DNA from: a virus
Taxonomy: Duplodnaviria > Caudoviricetes
Reading direction: 5' to 3' (one strand)
Virus record (IMG/VR): IMGVR_UViG_3300010376_000704
Coordinates: 1 to 27,098 of that record
Length of the DNA: 27,098 bases
The notes beneath the pieces were generated by a model that was given only the letters and a program-made list of their open reading frames with translations, was not told where the DNA came from and did no database searches. A program made the translations under genes and the position numbers. Below, in pieces: positions 22,992 through 27,098 of the stretch. Positions within the stretch are counted from its first letter, which is position 1. Every line of letters begins with the position of its first letter.

Positions 22992-25900
22992 ATGAGAAAG
23001 ATATGGCTGCTGTTGGGCATCGCAATGCTGGCGAAACCTGCATACGAACATGGAGCAGGTTACACGCAGGTAACAGGAACGAAGTTCTGCTATCAGAACG
23101 GCAGCGTAACAGCCGCATTCGTGAACCAGAGCGGAGGTTCAAACCTGCCGCTTTTGAATGGATCTGTCTTTCCGCAAACAAATGTGACGACGTTCGACAG
23201 CAACGGAGTGTTCAGTTTTTATCTGGCGGACAATAATCAGATTTTTCCGACGCCGAGCCAATGGAAAATCACGGTTTGCGGCAAGAGCGCGGGACAGCCG
23301 CCATGCGGCGCGGTCACAGTGACGGTGACGGGACCGACGACAGACATCAGTTCGCAGATTGCCAGCCTGTCGTGCGGCAGCGGCGGCGGCGGAGTGACGC
23401 CAGGCACAGCCGGAACGGTTCCCGTATACCAGCAGCCCGGCGGCAATACGCTGATTTCGTCGAACATGACCGTCGATTCGACGGGAAACAATTTCAGCAT
23501 TCCAAACTCCACGTCAAAACTGCCGAGGATCAACCTCACCTTTCCAGACTTCGGCACTCCGGCTGGCTGTTCTGGGCCTGCGTCTCCTCTAAACACGGAC
23601 AACACCTGCCAATTTAACGCTGCTGTAGCATTTGCGAAATCGCAAGGCGTGGGGGGGTATTATCCGTCCATCTATGTTCCTGGGCTTAACTTTAAGTTTA
23701 CTGGAACAATTGTCACTACAGCTTGCATTGGGATGATTGGAGATGGTAAGGCCATCTCAAGTTTGCAGGAAATGAATCCTACTGCCGATCTAATTGACAT
23801 CAAAAGTGACCCAAGTTTCCCATGCACCGCTTTCCCAAACGGTGCCACTTATCGTGATCTTCAGTTTATGGGTAACGGTCACAATACAACTGGCGCTCTC
23901 ATGGTGCAATACTCAGACGCCGGAGTACAGCTTGATAATGTCACTTTTACTAATAACGCTGGCCGCGGCCTTGTAGTGTATTCGGCATCAGAAAGAACGA
24001 ATGGCGTAAACTCTACATTCTCAAATATCGGCACGATATCTATTGATAATGCTACTTATGAGCGGAGGTGGTTCGGCCTTACAGTTGGCACTCCGGGCCA
24101 GAGCGGAGATGGATTTTGCTATACGGTCAACTGCCTAAATCACAATCTGACTCTTGTTCCCCCCATGCCACCTGCGAGCTATACGCTCATTTCTGCTTCG
24201 GGCAATGGGACAAACGCAACCTATGTCATGCAGGGCAATTCCGGGGTATCGCCACTTTCTGCGAACGATCCAGTCGTAGCAGCTAACATTACAGGCACAA
24301 CTGGCTTAAACGGTGTGTCTGTCATCACCGCTGTCAGCAACAACACTCCGATTGCGGGGCAGTTCACGCTGACAACAAACAACAATGCAAGCGGCACTGG
24401 AACAGTGACAGGCGCTACCCTGCAAACAGGTCTATATCCCGAAAATCGTCACGCAGCTATCTGGGTAGGCTATGGATTCTTTAATTGGTTTGCGGGCGGC
24501 GAAATGAAGTCATTGACCTATGAACCAGCTTTCAAATTCACAAATGGCACAGATCAGCGAATGACAAGCCTGTATACCGAGGGATTTAGCAATTCGGTCA
24601 ATGCATCCACGCTTTACATGGGTCTGCCCGACCAACTTATAGGGAATGGCACGACGACAATTTGCACCGTGGGAGCCACTAATTATTCATGTGTTCCGGT
24701 TACGCAAATTTCAGAGATGTGGTGGCCAGAATACGCTGGCTATGCCGCTGACCTCCCTACCTATGCAGCGACCATCACGCAATCCAAAACAGCTTATATC
24801 TTTCCATCCAACTACGTGCCCGGCAGCACCAATCCTTCTACGACCCCCGGAGTTCAGCAGGGACAGTATGAAATAGCAACTGTAGCGGTCGCAAATGATA
24901 CCGGGCTGGCTTATTTCATCACCCGCAATCTAGCAGGCTCGACAGCGCCTGCAAACTCGACGTGGGTCAATCCCATTATTGATGGGACTCCAACCTCGGG
25001 GGCCACATTTCTAAATGGGCTGACAATGGAGGACATACATTATGCCGCTTATGCTCCGGGCAGTTTGCAGGCTGGCTATGCTCCGGCATGTATAGACGGA
25101 ACTATTTATCAATGCTCAGAAATTCAGACAGCGATGGATGACGGCTATATCCATTTTCAGGGCGGCTGGGGTTCTTCCAGCAGCCCTACGGTCTCAATGG
25201 CTAGTATATTAAACCTTAATGACAATGTAGCGATTACGATCAAAGATTCGGCGCGATTGCAGTTGTCGTATTGGCCCAATGGCGGCACGATTTCAAATGG
25301 TGAAACCTTAGCTGATTTGACAGGCGCAGGAAACCTAAACGCGAGCAATCCCGGTTATCCCATTGTCACCACCACCAGCGCTGGCGCATTGCTCAAAACC
25401 AATGGCCCGTTTCTTAGTTTCACCAATTCTCTCCAACAAGGCCAAGCGACCTATGGAGGCTTCTACAATAACTCGAATCCTACAAACATCGGGCAGAACC
25501 CAAACTGGTCATGGGGTTTTGGCTACAACTTTTTAAATTCGTTTTGCCGTACCGGAGTACCTGACGGGAGCGGCATCAATTTTCAATCCTGCATTCAAGA
25601 CAACAACAACACTGGCAAAGCCAACTGGCAACTTAGAACATCTACAAACAACGGGACAAACTGGACTAATATATTTGGCGTTGCTTATAACGCTGGATCG
25701 CCCGCATTTACAGGGACCCTTGGTTCGACTGTCTTAGCGGGGAACTCAACCACGCTAAATATTCCTACGAGCATGACGATTGGCAATGTAAGTGTTGGGG
25801 CATTGTCTAATTTAGCTACAAACACCGCAAATATTGCAGGAACGGCTTGGACAGCACCATCAGGCGGAGTGACTGCTACGGGCAACACGACCGACTTCCC

Positions 25901-26549
25901 CGATCCTTGGGGCGGGAATACTGCCACTAAGCTGGTGTTTTCGTTGGGGAATGTGGCATGGGTACAAAATAATGGAAGTGGGGCCTTGACTGCTTCAACC
26001 ACTTATACAACCAGCGGTTTTGCCTGTGGCGCATTGGGCGGAGAGGTTGTATCGTTGACTATTGCAAATACCAGTGCACCTTCGGTATCGTTGCCGCAAT
26101 GTAATGCCGCAGGAACTTCTTGGGCGCGAATCTTCGCAAACATTACCACTCCAAGCACAAACCTGACTCGGAACTGGGGAATACAGGTTCCTCCGGCCAC
26201 GACTCCCACTATTTATCTCGCAGGGCCAACAACCGTATTGCAAGGACTCGGAACGGCCTATTATCCTTGTGGAGCTACTCCATGCCCAACTTTATTTGTG
26301 GGCACATGGCCGGATGTAACGAAGCGCGCGGGTTCAGTGACGATTTCTGCATCCACAACTCAGGCTGTAACATTCTCAACGCCTCTTCCCCATGTTCCTA
26401 CTACCTGCCAACTAACGCCAGCATCAAGCGCTGCGACTACAGGGTCTCCATTTGCTACATCTCTATCGGCTACCGGCTTTACGGCGAATGTACCGGTAAG
26501 TGGTACGTTAACAAGTACATACTTATGTGCTATTAATAATGCTAACTAA
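22992..26549 (+). CDS. Tailspike/receptor-binding-like protein with pectin-lyase-like beta-helix and CBM-like domains; signal peptide
   Basis: 1185 aa, T/G/N/S-rich; beta-helix cap DNTCQFNAAV...IYVPG...F...G; follows the ejection genes; N-terminus MRKIWLLLGIAMLAKPA. Confidence 0.7.
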   Translation: MRKIWLLLGIAMLAKPAYEHGAGYTQVTGTKFCYQNGSVTAAFVNQSGGSNLPLLNGSVFPQTNVTTFDSNGVFSFYLADNNQIFPTPSQWKITVCGKSAGQPPCGAVTVTVTGPTTDISSQIASLSCGSGGGGVTPGTAGTVPVYQQPGGNTLISSNMTVDSTGNNFSIPNSTSKLPRINLTFPDFGTPAGCSGPASPLNTDNTCQFNAAVAFAKSQGVGGYYPSIYVPGLNFKFTGTIVTTACIGMIGDGKAISSLQEMNPTADLIDIKSDPSFPCTAFPNGATYRDLQFMGNGHNTTGALMVQYSDAGVQLDNVTFTNNAGRGLVVYSASERTNGVNSTFSNIGTISIDNATYERRWFGLTVGTPGQSGDGFCYTVNCLNHNLTLVPPMPPASYTLISASGNGTNATYVMQGNSGVSPLSANDPVVAANITGTTGLNGVSVITAVSNNTPIAGQFTLTTNNNASGTGTVTGATLQTGLYPENRHAAIWVGYGFFNWFAGGEMKSLTYEPAFKFTNGTDQRMTSLYTEGFSNSVNASTLYMGLPDQLIGNGTTTICTVGATNYSCVPVTQISEMWWPEYAGYAADLPTYAATITQSKTAYIFPSNYVPGSTNPSTTPGVQQGQYEIATVAVANDTGLAYFITRNLAGSTAPANSTWVNPIIDGTPTSGATFLNGLTMEDIHYAAYAPGSLQAGYAPACIDGTIYQCSEIQTAMDDGYIHFQGGWGSSSSPTVSMASILNLNDNVAITIKDSARLQLSYWPNGGTISNGETLADLTGAGNLNASNPGYPIVTTTSAGALLKTNGPFLSFTNSLQQGQATYGGFYNNSNPTNIGQNPNWSWGFGYNFLNSFCRTGVPDGSGINFQSCIQDNNNTGKANWQLRTSTNNGTNWTNIFGVAYNAGSPAFTGTLGSTVLAGNSTTLNIPTSMTIGNVSVGALSNLATNTANIAGTAWTAPSGGVTATGNTTDFPDPWGGNTATKLVFSLGNVAWVQNNGSGALTASTTYTTSGFACGALGGEVVSLTIANTSAPSVSLPQCNAAGTSWARIFANITTPSTNLTRNWGIQVPPATTPTIYLAGPTTVLQGLGTAYYPCGATPCPTLFVGTWPDVTKRAGSVTISASTTQAVTFSTPLPHVPTTCQLTPASSAATTGSPFATSLSATGFTANVPVSGTLTSTYLCAINNAN

Positions 26550-26563
26550 AGAAAGGGAATATC

Positions 26564-27049
26564 ATGTCTAGATGGCTGGCTTTTTTATGCTTTATCACTC
26601 TTCCATTAGTAGCCCAATCGACACACAGCGTTACTCTGAGTTGGATAGCTGGGGCCGATGACACAGGGTTTAATATTTATAGAGCTTCGGGAGTTTGTCC
26701 CGCCTCTGTTAGTACAACTCCAATAACTACTGGCTTTGCTAAGGTAGCAACTTTAACTTCAGCAACTCCAGCTAATTATGTAGATAGCACTGTAGTTATA
26801 GGTACTTATTGCTACTTTATTACTGGAACGGCAGGCGCGGCGCGACTGTATCTCCGCAAAGAGCCGGCAACAATTGTCATTCTGTGCTTGATATATAACG
26901 CGCTGCTGACCGAGGCAGGATTGTCAACGCGCTTTTTGGCTATGCGCGACTCCATGATCTATGCAGTTTTTCTTTGGGCGATTTTTGAGATACCGGAATT
27001 CAAACTGCGAATGCAGGGAAAGCGAGGCGAACCATGCCAGACGACATGA
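26564..27049 (+). CDS. Signal-peptide FN3-like protein, apparently truncated and fused to an unrelated hydrophobic tail
   Basis: MSRWLAFLCFITLPLVAQ then HSVTLSW...GFNIYR...YVDSTV..GTYCYFIT; composition changes at about 26830. Confidence 0.6.
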   Translation: MSRWLAFLCFITLPLVAQSTHSVTLSWIAGADDTGFNIYRASGVCPASVSTTPITTGFAKVATLTSATPANYVDSTVVIGTYCYFITGTAGAARLYLRKEPATIVILCLIYNALLTEAGLSTRFLAMRDSMIYAVFLWAIFEIPEFKLRMQGKRGEPCQTT

Positions 27050-27098
27050 CACCAGGCGGAGGCGGACGGACGCGCAAAATGGTAGCCGGCATGATGGC
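27034..27098 (+). CDS. Start of next ORF (3'-partial)
   Basis: GAGG RBS, ATG 27034, open to the window end (MPDDMTPGGGGRTRKMVAGMM). Confidence 0.4.
   Translation, partial: MPDDMTPGGGGRTRKMVAGMM

Noticed and set aside
22885-23181. Upstream extension of minus ORF 22666..23181
   Set aside because: Overlaps the spike gene start and the promoter/repeat region; ATG 22884 is better supported.
1-27098. Integrase/att site, tRNA, reverse transcriptase/DGR, alternative genetic code
   Set aside because: None recognisable by eye; all three stop codons terminate genes normally. Lifestyle and host cannot be fixed from this window.

Overview
This window is a fragment of a tailed dsDNA phage or prophage with podovirus-type (P22/T7-like tail and ejection) morphogenesis genes; almost all genes are on the + strand. 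Gene order: terminase large subunit C-terminus, two hypotheticals, portal, an interposed HTH + lambda-O-like initiator (internal iterons) + DnaC-like loader block, small genes, scaffold, major capsid, capsid decoration, head-tail adaptor, free-standing GIY-YIG endonuclease, holin + T4-type lysozyme, tail nozzle, a deleted cytosine-methyltransferase remnant, a minus-strand moron (GH39-like hydrolase, small membrane proteins, candidate type I toxin-antitoxin), a GNAT-like gene, four ejection proteins, a 1185-aa beta-helix tailspike-like protein and a chimeric FN3 gene. Top observations: (1) the tailspike-like and FN3 proteins carry Sec-type signal peptides and paired cysteines, suggesting periplasmic folding of a receptor-binding protein; (2) an unannotated type I TA-like locus; (3) a repeated GGCTCGCA-N3-TTCCAGCGAC site in fixed register with -35 boxes; (4) an 18-aa protamine-like peptide gene in the head operon. 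All calls rest on motif recognition and synteny; no database searches were run.
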